From an archaeon (lineage in GTDB: Archaea; Nanobdellota; Nanobdellia; Woesearchaeales; GW2011-AR9): a stretch of 64,000 bases of DNA. The stretch lies in contig NZCK01000024.1 of NCBI GenBank assembly GCA_002688265.1, forward strand, positions 8,731-72,730, given 5' to 3'. A program made the position numbers and the translations under genes. Position 1 is the stretch's first letter. The number at the start of each line of letters is the position of its first letter. Below the pieces are notes generated by a model. The model had not been told where the DNA came from and made no database searches. It worked only from the letters and a program-made list of their open reading frames with translations. Shown here piece after piece: positions 35,633-43,828 of this stretch.

Positions 35633-36277
35633 GTGATAAAATCTAAAATGAGCAATTTAAAACATCAAGTGGAAGCAGTATTATTTGCAGTAGGCAAAGA
35701 GATTAGTGTTGAGAAAATTAGCAGTTTGACAAATGCTGAAATAAAAGAAGTCGAAGCAGAACTAAAATTATTACAAAAAGAACATGCTGAAATGGACCAT
35801 TCTCTTCAATTAATAAAACGTGATGATGGGATGTGGAAGTTGACTGTTCGTGACGAATTTGTACCATTAGTTAGCAGCATAGTTGAATCCACAGAGATTG
35901 AAGGGGCACTAATGCAAACATTGGCAGTTATTGCTTGGAAATATCCTGTGGTTCAATCAGAAATTATCAAATTGAGAGGAAGTTCAGCATATGAACACAT
36001 GAGGGAATTAGTTGAACAAGGATTTATTATCAAAGAAAGGTTTGGTAGAACTTATCGTGTAAGATTGACCAAGAAATTTTTCCAATATTTTGATCTTCCA
36101 AGTGCAGAAGCTAAAGAAGCTTTCCTTTCTCAAATTCCTGGAGATATCTTACAGGAAGCAGACGAAGTTGACAAAGAAATAGATGAAGTTGAGCGAATGG
36201 AAGAGCAGTATAATAAAGACAATGTCACAAAGAACGAAATTGAAGAAGCGATGTTGGCTGCAAAAGAGTTAAACTGA
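35633..36277 (+). CDS. scpB: ScpB-like segregation and condensation protein
   Basis: 214 aa. VEAVLFAVGKEISVEKIS plus a second wHTH (GRTYRVRLTKKFFQYF). ATG at 35648 is an alternative start. Confidence 0.7.
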   Translation: MIKSKMSNLKHQVEAVLFAVGKEISVEKISSLTNAEIKEVEAELKLLQKEHAEMDHSLQLIKRDDGMWKLTVRDEFVPLVSSIVESTEIEGALMQTLAVIAWKYPVVQSEIIKLRGSSAYEHMRELVEQGFIIKERFGRTYRVRLTKKFFQYFDLPSAEAKEAFLSQIPGDILQEADEVDKEIDEVERMEEQYNKDNVTKNEIEEAMLAAKELN

Positions 36278-36331
36278 TGAGAAGAACAAACTAATATTAG
36301 TTTTTTGATAATTTTTTTAAGATTTTAAAGT

Positions 36332-36904
36332 TTATTTTCCTGGAATTCGAAAATATAAATCTCCTTCTAAATCAATTTTTCCCAAATCAATTAATTTGTC
36401 AAGATAATCTGCTAATTTGTCACCCTCAACACCAGTATAACCAGACAATTGTTCAATTGTTAATTTATTGTTTGTTAACAAAACAAGCAAATAATTTCTT
36501 AGAAGACCAGCAGTATTTTTAGCCCCCATGTCACGTTCCATTTTCATTTTTTTGGCAAGCATATCTACTTGATGGAGTTTTGCTTGCAAATCATTTAGGA
36601 ATTGACTAAAATCTGCACAAGATAGTTGTAATTCAGATGGCTGGTTTATTTCAATTGAAGAAGGCATGAAATCAAAACAAAAACCAATCATATTTTCAAC
36701 ATTTTCTGTGGAAACTTCTACTTCCATGAAAGTTGCAAATAAATCAGTTTTTTCTTGAGGGATACAATCATGTTTTTCTGAAGCTTTGAGTTGAAATCTT
36801 TTATCTTCTTGAAGCTTGGTTAAAATTGAATCAAGCATTTTCTCAACATGTTCTTTTGGTTTACCTAAAACCTCAATAACCGCCCGAAATAAGATAGTTG
36901 CCAT
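36332..36904 (-). CDS. hypothetical protein with C-terminal wHTH-like segment
   Basis: 190 aa. The C-terminus, LTIEQLSGYTGVEGDKLADYLDKLIDLGKIDLEGDLYFRI, looks like a winged helix. Confidence 0.35.
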   Translation of the reverse strand: MATILFRAVIEVLGKPKEHVEKMLDSILTKLQEDKRFQLKASEKHDCIPQEKTDLFATFMEVEVSTENVENMIGFCFDFMPSSIEINQPSELQLSCADFSQFLNDLQAKLHQVDMLAKKMKMERDMGAKNTAGLLRNYLLVLLTNNKLTIEQLSGYTGVEGDKLADYLDKLIDLGKIDLEGDLYFRIPGK

Positions 36905-36932
36905 AATTATTAAGTAATTTATTGTTCTCTTT

Positions 36933-38984
36933 TTAAGGATTTCTGTGCGGAGCTTTCCATAAGAGAAATAGTAGTAAAATTGATGAAATGATTAATAATA
37001 TGGGAACCAAAGCGATGGTTCTTTTTCCAGTAGATTCATACGCGGTTGTTCCAGAGATTGCTGCTGTGAATGAAGAATTTGAAATATTATTATAGGTTGG
37101 GCTTGTTGGAGAAGAAAAAGCAGATTCAAAATTAGAAATAGACGAATTTGAAGAGTTATTAAAAGTGGAGTTAACGGTATTTTGATCAACTAGTTCAAAA
37201 TTAACAGTTTTTAGATCAATTATTGAAATGTTTGTACCAAGTTCGTTTGCGGTTTTTTGATTGTCTTTGAAAAATTTAACTTTTAATCTATAATCTGTGT
37301 CCAAATTTAAACGGGAGTCTAAACTAAGATTAAAGCTATGGTTATATTGTTGATTTGCTCCAAGCTCTATTGTTTTTAAAGAATAGTTTCTCTCTTTTGT
37401 GTTTTCATAACAAGAGTAACACCAAGCCCCATTGTATAAATAACTGTAAAAAGTATAGTTGTGGGGTAAGTCATCTGAATTAATTTGAATGGTAAAATTA
37501 AGTGATTGGTTGTGAGAAGTATTTGAAGGGAGTTCTAAAAATTGATATTCTTGATATTCATTAGTTGTTTCTATATTAGGATTTTCTGATTGATTATCAT
37601 TAAGGGAAAAAACATTTTCTGTTTTAAGTAATTCAGAATTAATTTCATAACTTGTACAAAGATCTGAATTAAGGCCAGAAATTTCAAATTCTTCTTCAGT
37701 TTCAATATTTAATCCCTCAACTATCAATTTGGCGGGACCATCTGAAATGGAACTATCACAATTAGAATACAATTGTATAGGTAAAGTCAGAGTTGATTCT
37801 TGAAAATAATTATAGAGATTTATTTTAGTTCTTTTGCTAACGATTTCATCATTTTTAGTTACATATAGTTCTACAGCATGTTTGCTTTCATCTCCTTTAT
37901 AGAGAATAACTTTAGCTAGAATTTGGTCGCCCCATTTTGCTTGACTATTCTGATTCAAATATAGTTTGTTTATGTCAAAACTACTTATTGATTTTTGGTA
38001 GTTTGGATTAATCGCAATTAAAACCGAAGAAAGATCATTTAGTTGGTTGGTGTCATTACAAGAAGAACTAGTTATGTTAAAAGTTAATTGGTAAACACCT
38101 GTTGCTAAATTTGGATGATAAAGTTTAGTTTTTTGGTTAGTAATTTTTTGATTCTTCCAAGGGGAATATTCTTTGATAATGACTCCATTAATATCTTGAA
38201 TTGCTCCAGTTACAGAAATTTCTTCTGATTCTAAAATCTTGTTTGTGTTTGAACCATTGTTTTGAACCATAACTTCAAACTCAAATTCTTCTGAATTAGT
38301 AATAGGCGCAACGAGGTTAATTGAAAGTGAAAAATCACAGTGACTTTCGTTTAATTGAAAGAGTGTTTTTTCTGAGTTGTTGGTATCATTTAGAGTGTTA
38401 TTTAAAGTATTATTTTGAGTTAGATTCTGATCGATAGAATTTTTGAATCCTGGACTTCCTTGGAAATTTAATGATTGGGCCCAAGTGCCATCATTGCTTT
38501 TTTCAATAGAATAATTGTTTCCATTTGCTAAGTTGGTGTAAGAAGAGTAATCAATAGAATCATTACAAAAATCACTCCCACTTAAAGAGAGAAGAGTACC
38601 AGAGTTGCTTAAAGTCATAGCAGATTCAACAACATTAATTGAAGTATTTGTTATTTGATTTATGGCTTGAAAATTGGTTTGAAATTTGCCTTTATCCCTG
38701 ACTATAATCAGAAAACTATTTGTTTCAATGAGGGTGTTGTTTGGAAGAATATTGTTGTTGAAAGTACAGTTGTTTAAATTTAAATTGGAAGAAGCATTAT
38801 TGAATAACTCTACCCACTCGCAATCACTATCACTGCAATCAACAGGGTTATACATTATTTCATTAATCTGAACACTGGCCTGAGCTGAACATGCCAAAAG
38901 AATAATAATTGTAATAATTGCAATTAGCAAAAAAAGAGGAAATAGAACCTTTATTCTTATTTTAGATAATTTGATAATTTTCAT
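36933..38984 (-). CDS. surface protein with N-terminal lamin-tail-domain (LTD) and C-terminal TM anchor
   Basis: 683 aa. A signal/anchor is followed by the LTD signature VQINEIMYNPVDCSDSDCEWVELFN. The protein is very Asn-rich with dozens of N-x-S/T sequons. The C-terminal TM is LVPILLIISSILLLFLLW. Confidence 0.6.
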   Translation of the reverse strand: MKIIKLSKIRIKVLFPLFLLIAIITIIILLACSAQASVQINEIMYNPVDCSDSDCEWVELFNNASSNLNLNNCTFNNNILPNNTLIETNSFLIIVRDKGKFQTNFQAINQITNTSINVVESAMTLSNSGTLLSLSGSDFCNDSIDYSSYTNLANGNNYSIEKSNDGTWAQSLNFQGSPGFKNSIDQNLTQNNTLNNTLNDTNNSEKTLFQLNESHCDFSLSINLVAPITNSEEFEFEVMVQNNGSNTNKILESEEISVTGAIQDINGVIIKEYSPWKNQKITNQKTKLYHPNLATGVYQLTFNITSSSCNDTNQLNDLSSVLIAINPNYQKSISSFDINKLYLNQNSQAKWGDQILAKVILYKGDESKHAVELYVTKNDEIVSKRTKINLYNYFQESTLTLPIQLYSNCDSSISDGPAKLIVEGLNIETEEEFEISGLNSDLCTSYEINSELLKTENVFSLNDNQSENPNIETTNEYQEYQFLELPSNTSHNQSLNFTIQINSDDLPHNYTFYSYLYNGAWCYSCYENTKERNYSLKTIELGANQQYNHSFNLSLDSRLNLDTDYRLKVKFFKDNQKTANELGTNISIIDLKTVNFELVDQNTVNSTFNNSSNSSISNFESAFSSPTSPTYNNISNSSFTAAISGTTAYESTGKRTIALVPILLIISSILLLFLLWKAPHRNP

Positions 38985-39196
38985 TGTGCCAAGACATTAA
39001 GATAACTAAGTTATATTGGCTTTGCATATACTGAAAATTCAGGGATATGACTTATAGTGTCTTTTGAAACTTTTGAGACTAGTCTTTGAAGAGAAAATGA
39101 CTCAAAAACAGATGTTTTAAGACAAATATTGAAATGTTACTATTATAAAATACTCAACAAAGTTTTAAAACCAATCTTGCGTTTATTGTTTTTATT

Positions 39197-39769
39197 ATGG
39201 GATGGTTATTTGGTCGTAAAAAGAAGAAGAAGAAAGCAAGTTCTGCCTTGCATGATGATCAATCATTAAGCTTTGGCTCTGATGATGGAAGTGATACAGT
39301 AATTAAGCCAGATCGGTTTAAAGCAGCTGCAGGAGTAGATACAGGATTTCCTGATCCAGATCACCCAGATTTAGGAGCAGATAATGATCTGCCACATGAG
39401 GGAGATTCTAATAATGATGCTTGGGGCCAAATGGGCGCACCAGCAGCAATGGGAATGCCTGAACCAGCTGGAGAACCACAAATGTTGAACCAAGGGATGG
39501 ATTTACCAGGAAGCCCAAGACCAGCTTCAATGACTGGGCGCAGATTAACTCAAGATTATAAATATTTACAAGTGTTACAATACAAAAGAATTCTTGGAGA
39601 ATTAAGTGATTTGGATAAAGAATTAAGTCACATGGGAAATTTAAGTAAGTCACTTGATAAAGCAGAATATAATGAAGAAAAACATTTCATGCGTTTAAAA
39701 GAAACAATGAGAAAAGCACATGACAAAGTATTGATGTCTGATAGAATATTATTCAGTCACAGTAGCTAG
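39197..39769 (+). CDS. coiled-coil protein 1 (basic N-terminus, disordered middle)
   Basis: 190 aa. MGWLFGRKKKKKK, then ~110 aa rich in Pro/Gly/Asp, then a ~70-aa heptad segment (YLQVLQYKRILGELSDLDKEL...). Confidence 0.45.
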   Translation: MGWLFGRKKKKKKASSALHDDQSLSFGSDDGSDTVIKPDRFKAAAGVDTGFPDPDHPDLGADNDLPHEGDSNNDAWGQMGAPAAMGMPEPAGEPQMLNQGMDLPGSPRPASMTGRRLTQDYKYLQVLQYKRILGELSDLDKELSHMGNLSKSLDKAEYNEEKHFMRLKETMRKAHDKVLMSDRILFSHSS

Positions 39770-39806
39770 AGAAGAAAATCATAGTTTAGAGATAAGAAAA
39801 GAAAAG

Positions 39807-40043
39807 GTGATTAATATGGATAAGATGCCCGTGTTTGTAAAGATTGATGAATATCGTGATGTATTAGATTTAATTGAAGTTGTTCGACGGAAAATGGAAG
39901 ATGCTAAAGCAACCCTTCTAAAAATTCACGATTTAAAAAATGAAGAAGATTCTCTTGTTGAGCAATGGCAAAATTCTTTAGCTGAAGTTGAGAAAAAAAT
40001 AGAATTTATTGATCACACATTGAATGAACCAGAACACTATTAG
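39807..40043 (+). CDS. coiled-coil protein 2 (core only)
   Basis: 78 aa (ATG at 39816). FVKIDEYRDVLDLIEVVRRKMEDAKATLLKIHDLKNEED... Confidence 0.45.
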   Translation: MINMDKMPVFVKIDEYRDVLDLIEVVRRKMEDAKATLLKIHDLKNEEDSLVEQWQNSLAEVEKKIEFIDHTLNEPEHY

Positions 40044-40073
40044 GTTTTAATTAAATTAATTGGAGAGGAAGAG

Positions 40074-40592
40074 ATGGCAGTAAGACGAAGACATGGACAC
40101 AGAAGGAAACCAGTACCTGCTCCACGAAAAAGAGTAAGTGCAACATCAAAAATTAAGAATCCAGGATATATGGTTCAATTAAATGAAGCAAATTTATTGC
40201 GGCGAGATTTGCTTGAAACATTACGTGAAGTAATTCTGTTTATGCAAAGTTATGAAAAGTTTAAACGAGTACAACAAGAAAAAGTACATTTGTTTACGTC
40301 CTTGAAAGCTGATTTGAAGGAATTGAATATGTTAATTGGCAGTAAAATGAAGGCCCACTTTCCTAAAGGTAAATTGCATGCAATTACTGAAACTGAAGAA
40401 CACATAGAGATGGAAAAAGAACATGCACTTGATGATGGAGCAATCCGGTCAGAATCTATTGGAATGGCACCACAAGCTAGGCATCCAAAAGCTGCACCTT
40501 TGAACCCCATCACATCAGAATCTCATAATGAACTTGACCAATTAGAAGATCAACTTCGAGATATTGAAGCACAGCTGAAAGGAATTCAGTAA
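40074..40592 (+). CDS. coiled-coil protein 3 (Arg-rich N-terminus)
   Basis: 172 aa. Starts MAVRRRHGHRRKPVPAPRKR. The core is YMVQLNEANLLRRDLLETLREVILFMQSYEKF... A second C-terminal heptad run reads LDQLEDQLRDIEAQLKGIQ. Confidence 0.45.
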   Translation: MAVRRRHGHRRKPVPAPRKRVSATSKIKNPGYMVQLNEANLLRRDLLETLREVILFMQSYEKFKRVQQEKVHLFTSLKADLKELNMLIGSKMKAHFPKGKLHAITETEEHIEMEKEHALDDGAIRSESIGMAPQARHPKAAPLNPITSESHNELDQLEDQLRDIEAQLKGIQ

Positions 40593-40678
40593 ACTTTTAT
40601 TTTTATTTTTTCTAATTTATTTTTAGTTTAGTTTTTTGTTAGGATAATTTTTTATAGTTAGTTTTCTCAGATTTATCT

Positions 40679-41242
40679 ATGCGAGAAATAGAAATAAAAG
40701 TAAAGATCGCAGAAATTGAATCTGCAATAAATTTTCTTAAAGAGAAGGGAGTAAAATTCAGTGAAGAAATAGATCAATATGATAGAATTTTTTTACCTAA
40801 TGGTGTGACTTATGACGATCTGCAAGTTAAACAAAGTGAAAATAGCGTGTTGAGATTACGAGAACAAAATGGTAAAGTAAAGTTTACTTTAAAACAAACC
40901 CAATCAATGGAACTTGATTGTTTAGAAGCAGAAACCGTAGTTGAAGACCCTGTGGAGATGGAAAAAGCAATCAATATGTTAGGTTTTTATTTAGCAATAG
41001 AAGTTAGAAAAAAAAGAAAGAAAGGAAAGTTAGGTGAATTAACTTTTTGTGTAGATCAAGTTGAAGATTTAGGAGGTTTCGTGGAAGTTGAAAAATTGTT
41101 TTCAGATGAAGTAGACGCAGGATCAGTGCAGAAGGAACTTTTTGATAATTTATTGGCAATGGGTTTGGAAATTGAGGAACAGGTATTTCAAGGTTATGAT
41201 ACGTTAAGATATTTTTATTTGAAGGAAAACTCTTCTGATTGA
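40679..41242 (+). CDS. CYTH-domain protein (CyaB/ThTPase-like)
   Basis: 187 aa. It begins MREIEIKVKI, the ExExK signature, and its size is typical of class IV adenylyl cyclase / triphosphatase tunnel enzymes. Confidence 0.75.
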   Translation: MREIEIKVKIAEIESAINFLKEKGVKFSEEIDQYDRIFLPNGVTYDDLQVKQSENSVLRLREQNGKVKFTLKQTQSMELDCLEAETVVEDPVEMEKAINMLGFYLAIEVRKKRKKGKLGELTFCVDQVEDLGGFVEVEKLFSDEVDAGSVQKELFDNLLAMGLEIEEQVFQGYDTLRYFYLKENSSD

Positions 41243-41250
41243 GAGTAATG

Positions 41251-41258
41251 TTTATAAA
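41251..41258 (+). promoter_or_regulatory. TATA box (TTTATAAA) for the tRNA gene
   Basis: Centred about 30 nt upstream of the tRNA 5' end. Confidence 0.5.
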
Positions 41259-41283
41259 ACGCTTTAGTTGATGGTATTTTTAT

Positions 41284-41428
41284 GCGGACGTGCCGGAGTG
41301 GTCAAACGGGACAGTTCAACTTAGCTGTTTGCTAATTGGAGTCTAAACTCAAAAACGTTTGGCGTATCAAAACCATTGAGCTATCTGTTGACTTAGTGTC
41401 TTCGCAGGTTCGAGCCCTGCCGTCCGCA
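41284..41428 (+). tRNA. intron-containing tRNA, isotype unresolved
   Basis: Acceptor GCGGACG (41284-90) pairs with CGTCCGC (41421-27); discriminator is A. U8 is present and the D-loop reads AGUGGUCAAA. The T-arm is GCAGG-TTCGAGC-CCTGC (41404-20). At 145 nt it must carry about 57-70 nt of intron(s) between about 41312 and 41395. Confidence 0.75.
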
Positions 41429-41495
41429 CTTTTTAAAATTAAATGTTTTGAATTTAATCCGTACTTTTTTATACTACAAATTCTTTGTCTTTTCC

Positions 41496-42842
41496 ATGCC
41501 AATTGAAATATGCACCATCGGAGGATTTTCCGAATGTGGACGAAATTGCACAGCAATTCGAGTAGATGATGAAGTTGTTATCTTAGATTTAGGTCTTGAG
41601 ATGGAAAGTTACATCCGTCACACACAACAAGATAGAGATAACGTAGTTAAACTAGACGCCGAAGATTTGATTAAAGTAAACGCAGTACCGAATTTACATT
41701 TAATCTCAGATTGGATGCCAATGGTTAAAGCAATAATCCCTTCACACGGACATTTAGACCATATCGGTGCAATTCCTTTTTTGGCAGTAAAATTTCCTCA
41801 CATCCCAATTATTTCTACACCATACACAATAGAAGTAATTTCTTCAATTCTCAAAGAAGAAAGATTACAGTTATCTAATGAATTGATTGTAAAGAAAGCA
41901 GGACAAAAATACAAAGTAAGTGATAAAATTACAGTAGAATTTGTGCATGTAACACATTCAATACCACACACAGCAATGCTGGTTGTAGAAACACCATATG
42001 GACGAGTAGTGTATGCAAATGATTACAAATTAGATATGACTCCAACACTTGGTAAAAAACCAGATTTGAAAAGAATAAAGGAACTTGGAAATGAAGGAGT
42101 AGATTTATTGATTTGTGAATCTCTTTACGCTGGAGAACATCGTAAAACACCGTCTGAAGCAGTTGCCAAACAAATGCTTAAAGATATTTTGAATCGAGAA
42201 TGTTCTGATGGACATGGACTGGTGGTAACTACATTTGCTTCACAAATTGCTAGAATCAAATCGATAATTGAATTAGGTGGGAAATTGAATCGAAAAATTG
42301 TTTTTTTCGGTCGCAGTTTACGTAAATACCTGTTAGCTGCTCAGCGAATTGGGCTTTTGGAAATACCTAAATCAATACCATTACTTAGTCGCCGCCAAGA
42401 GCTTGACAAAATGATGCGACAAATTAATCGAGAAGGCCAAGAAAAATATTTAATTGTCTGCACTGGCCACCAAGGAGAACAGCGTGCAGTGTTGTCAAGG
42501 ATTGCAAGAGGAGAATTAGCTTTGAAGTTGAACTCCAAAACAATGTGCGTATTTAGCTGTTCAGTAATCCCTGTAGAACTTAATATTCAAAATCGAGAAA
42601 AATTGGAGAGAACTCTTCGTAGCAGTGGTGTTAGAATTTTTAGAGATGTACATGCTTCAGGACATGCTTCTCGTGAAGATCACAGGGAATTGATTCAAAT
42701 GCTAAAACCAACCCATATAGTGCCTTCTCATGCAGGATTTGGACTCGCACACCATTTAAGAGATTTAGCGGTTGAGATGGGATATGTGGATCAAAAGACT
42801 GTGCATATGATGGAAGATGGGAAAAGATTAGTTTTAGAGTGA
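41496..42842 (+). CDS. rnj: archaeal RNase J (beta-CASP metallo-beta-lactamase ribonuclease)
   Basis: HGHLDHIG (HxHxDH motif) with later beta-CASP His/Asp motifs (HASGHASRED). The track start at 41448 adds 16 odd residues; ATG 41496 (MPIEICTIGG) is preferred. Confidence 0.85.
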   Translation: MPIEICTIGGFSECGRNCTAIRVDDEVVILDLGLEMESYIRHTQQDRDNVVKLDAEDLIKVNAVPNLHLISDWMPMVKAIIPSHGHLDHIGAIPFLAVKFPHIPIISTPYTIEVISSILKEERLQLSNELIVKKAGQKYKVSDKITVEFVHVTHSIPHTAMLVVETPYGRVVYANDYKLDMTPTLGKKPDLKRIKELGNEGVDLLICESLYAGEHRKTPSEAVAKQMLKDILNRECSDGHGLVVTTFASQIARIKSIIELGGKLNRKIVFFGRSLRKYLLAAQRIGLLEIPKSIPLLSRRQELDKMMRQINREGQEKYLIVCTGHQGEQRAVLSRIARGELALKLNSKTMCVFSCSVIPVELNIQNREKLERTLRSSGVRIFRDVHASGHASREDHRELIQMLKPTHIVPSHAGFGLAHHLRDLAVEMGYVDQKTVHMMEDGKRLVLE

Positions 42843-42945
42843 GTTCTAGACAACACCTTATTCTAGAAACTAACCTTTATAGACAATAGTTTATTGAGTC
42901 TTGTTTCGAAAACTTCTTAAACTAACAATCTAAAAATGAATTAAA

Positions 42946-43758
42946 ATGGACGAAATTAAAATTTCTGCAGCTATTGAAGCTGAAGAGGAACAAAATGAGG
43001 CCTCCCAACTAAAAGACGGGCTGAAAGCAGAACAGAATGTAGAAAAAGCCAAATCAGGAACCGAATTTGATGGGAAGACTATTGGAATTGCAGTTATTGC
43101 ACTTCTTGGACTTTTTGTAATTGCAATTGGTGGATTCAACGCAGCTGATTGGGTTGGAGACGCTGTAACTGGAGCTGCAACAACAACAATAGTAGATTTA
43201 GATTTAGAACATTTACATGCAGATAACAGAGCAGGTCAATTAGATCCAGAACAAGGATACATGTACAATGATTTTAGTTTTGTATTTTATGATGAACTGT
43301 GGTGGACAGAAATAGTCGTGCATTATACAGATCCACCTACATTACTAGTGGTACCTTTACATTATGGTCCACAAGATTTGCTTGATGTTGATGTAAGCGG
43401 GAAGTTAGACTCAGACTTTGATAATGTTAGTGATGTTTACATTAGTATTGATCCAAATGTGGTTGATCAACATTACTCACTTGCGATCTCAGAAACTAGT
43501 TTTAACTTAGTTAAAGGGGTTGGACGAAAACCACTAGGTGCTTGTAGTGAAGAAAATTCAGCCTGCGTTGGCCGAGAAATAATTAGCTGCGAAGATAATC
43601 CAAATGATTATCCAGTTGTACAATTGGTTCATGATGAAACAGTTTCAGTTGGATCAGTAGAATATGATGGTATGTGTATTCGGGTAACTGGCAGTGGAGA
43701 AGAAATTGTTCGGGCAGTTGATACTATGTTGCTTCTATGGTATCAAGTAATGGAGTAG
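42946..43758 (+). CDS. membrane-anchored protein with Cys-containing extracellular domain
   Basis: 270 aa. The layout is an acidic N-terminus, one TM (IGIAVIALLGLFVIAIGGF), a GAATTT motif and a ~190-aa domain. Confidence 0.45.
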   Translation: MDEIKISAAIEAEEEQNEASQLKDGLKAEQNVEKAKSGTEFDGKTIGIAVIALLGLFVIAIGGFNAADWVGDAVTGAATTTIVDLDLEHLHADNRAGQLDPEQGYMYNDFSFVFYDELWWTEIVVHYTDPPTLLVVPLHYGPQDLLDVDVSGKLDSDFDNVSDVYISIDPNVVDQHYSLAISETSFNLVKGVGRKPLGACSEENSACVGREIISCEDNPNDYPVVQLVHDETVSVGSVEYDGMCIRVTGSGEEIVRAVDTMLLLWYQVME

Positions 43759-43828
43759 AAATTTGATTATTTTTATTATTTTCTTGTTTTTTTTAATTTA
43801 TTCTTGATTTTTGTATTAGAAACAGTTA

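Noticed and set aside
41329-41335. A fully canonical-looking anticodon loop UUGCUAA (Ser-GCU) inside the first tRNA gene.
   Set aside because: The required 3' stem strand complementary to GCUGU (41324-28) is absent anywhere downstream. Therefore it cannot be the anticodon loop under any splicing scheme I could build.
41332-41556. 74-aa minus-strand ORF.
   Set aside because: It overlaps the tRNA gene (41284-41428) and the start of the RNase J gene, so it is not credible as coding.
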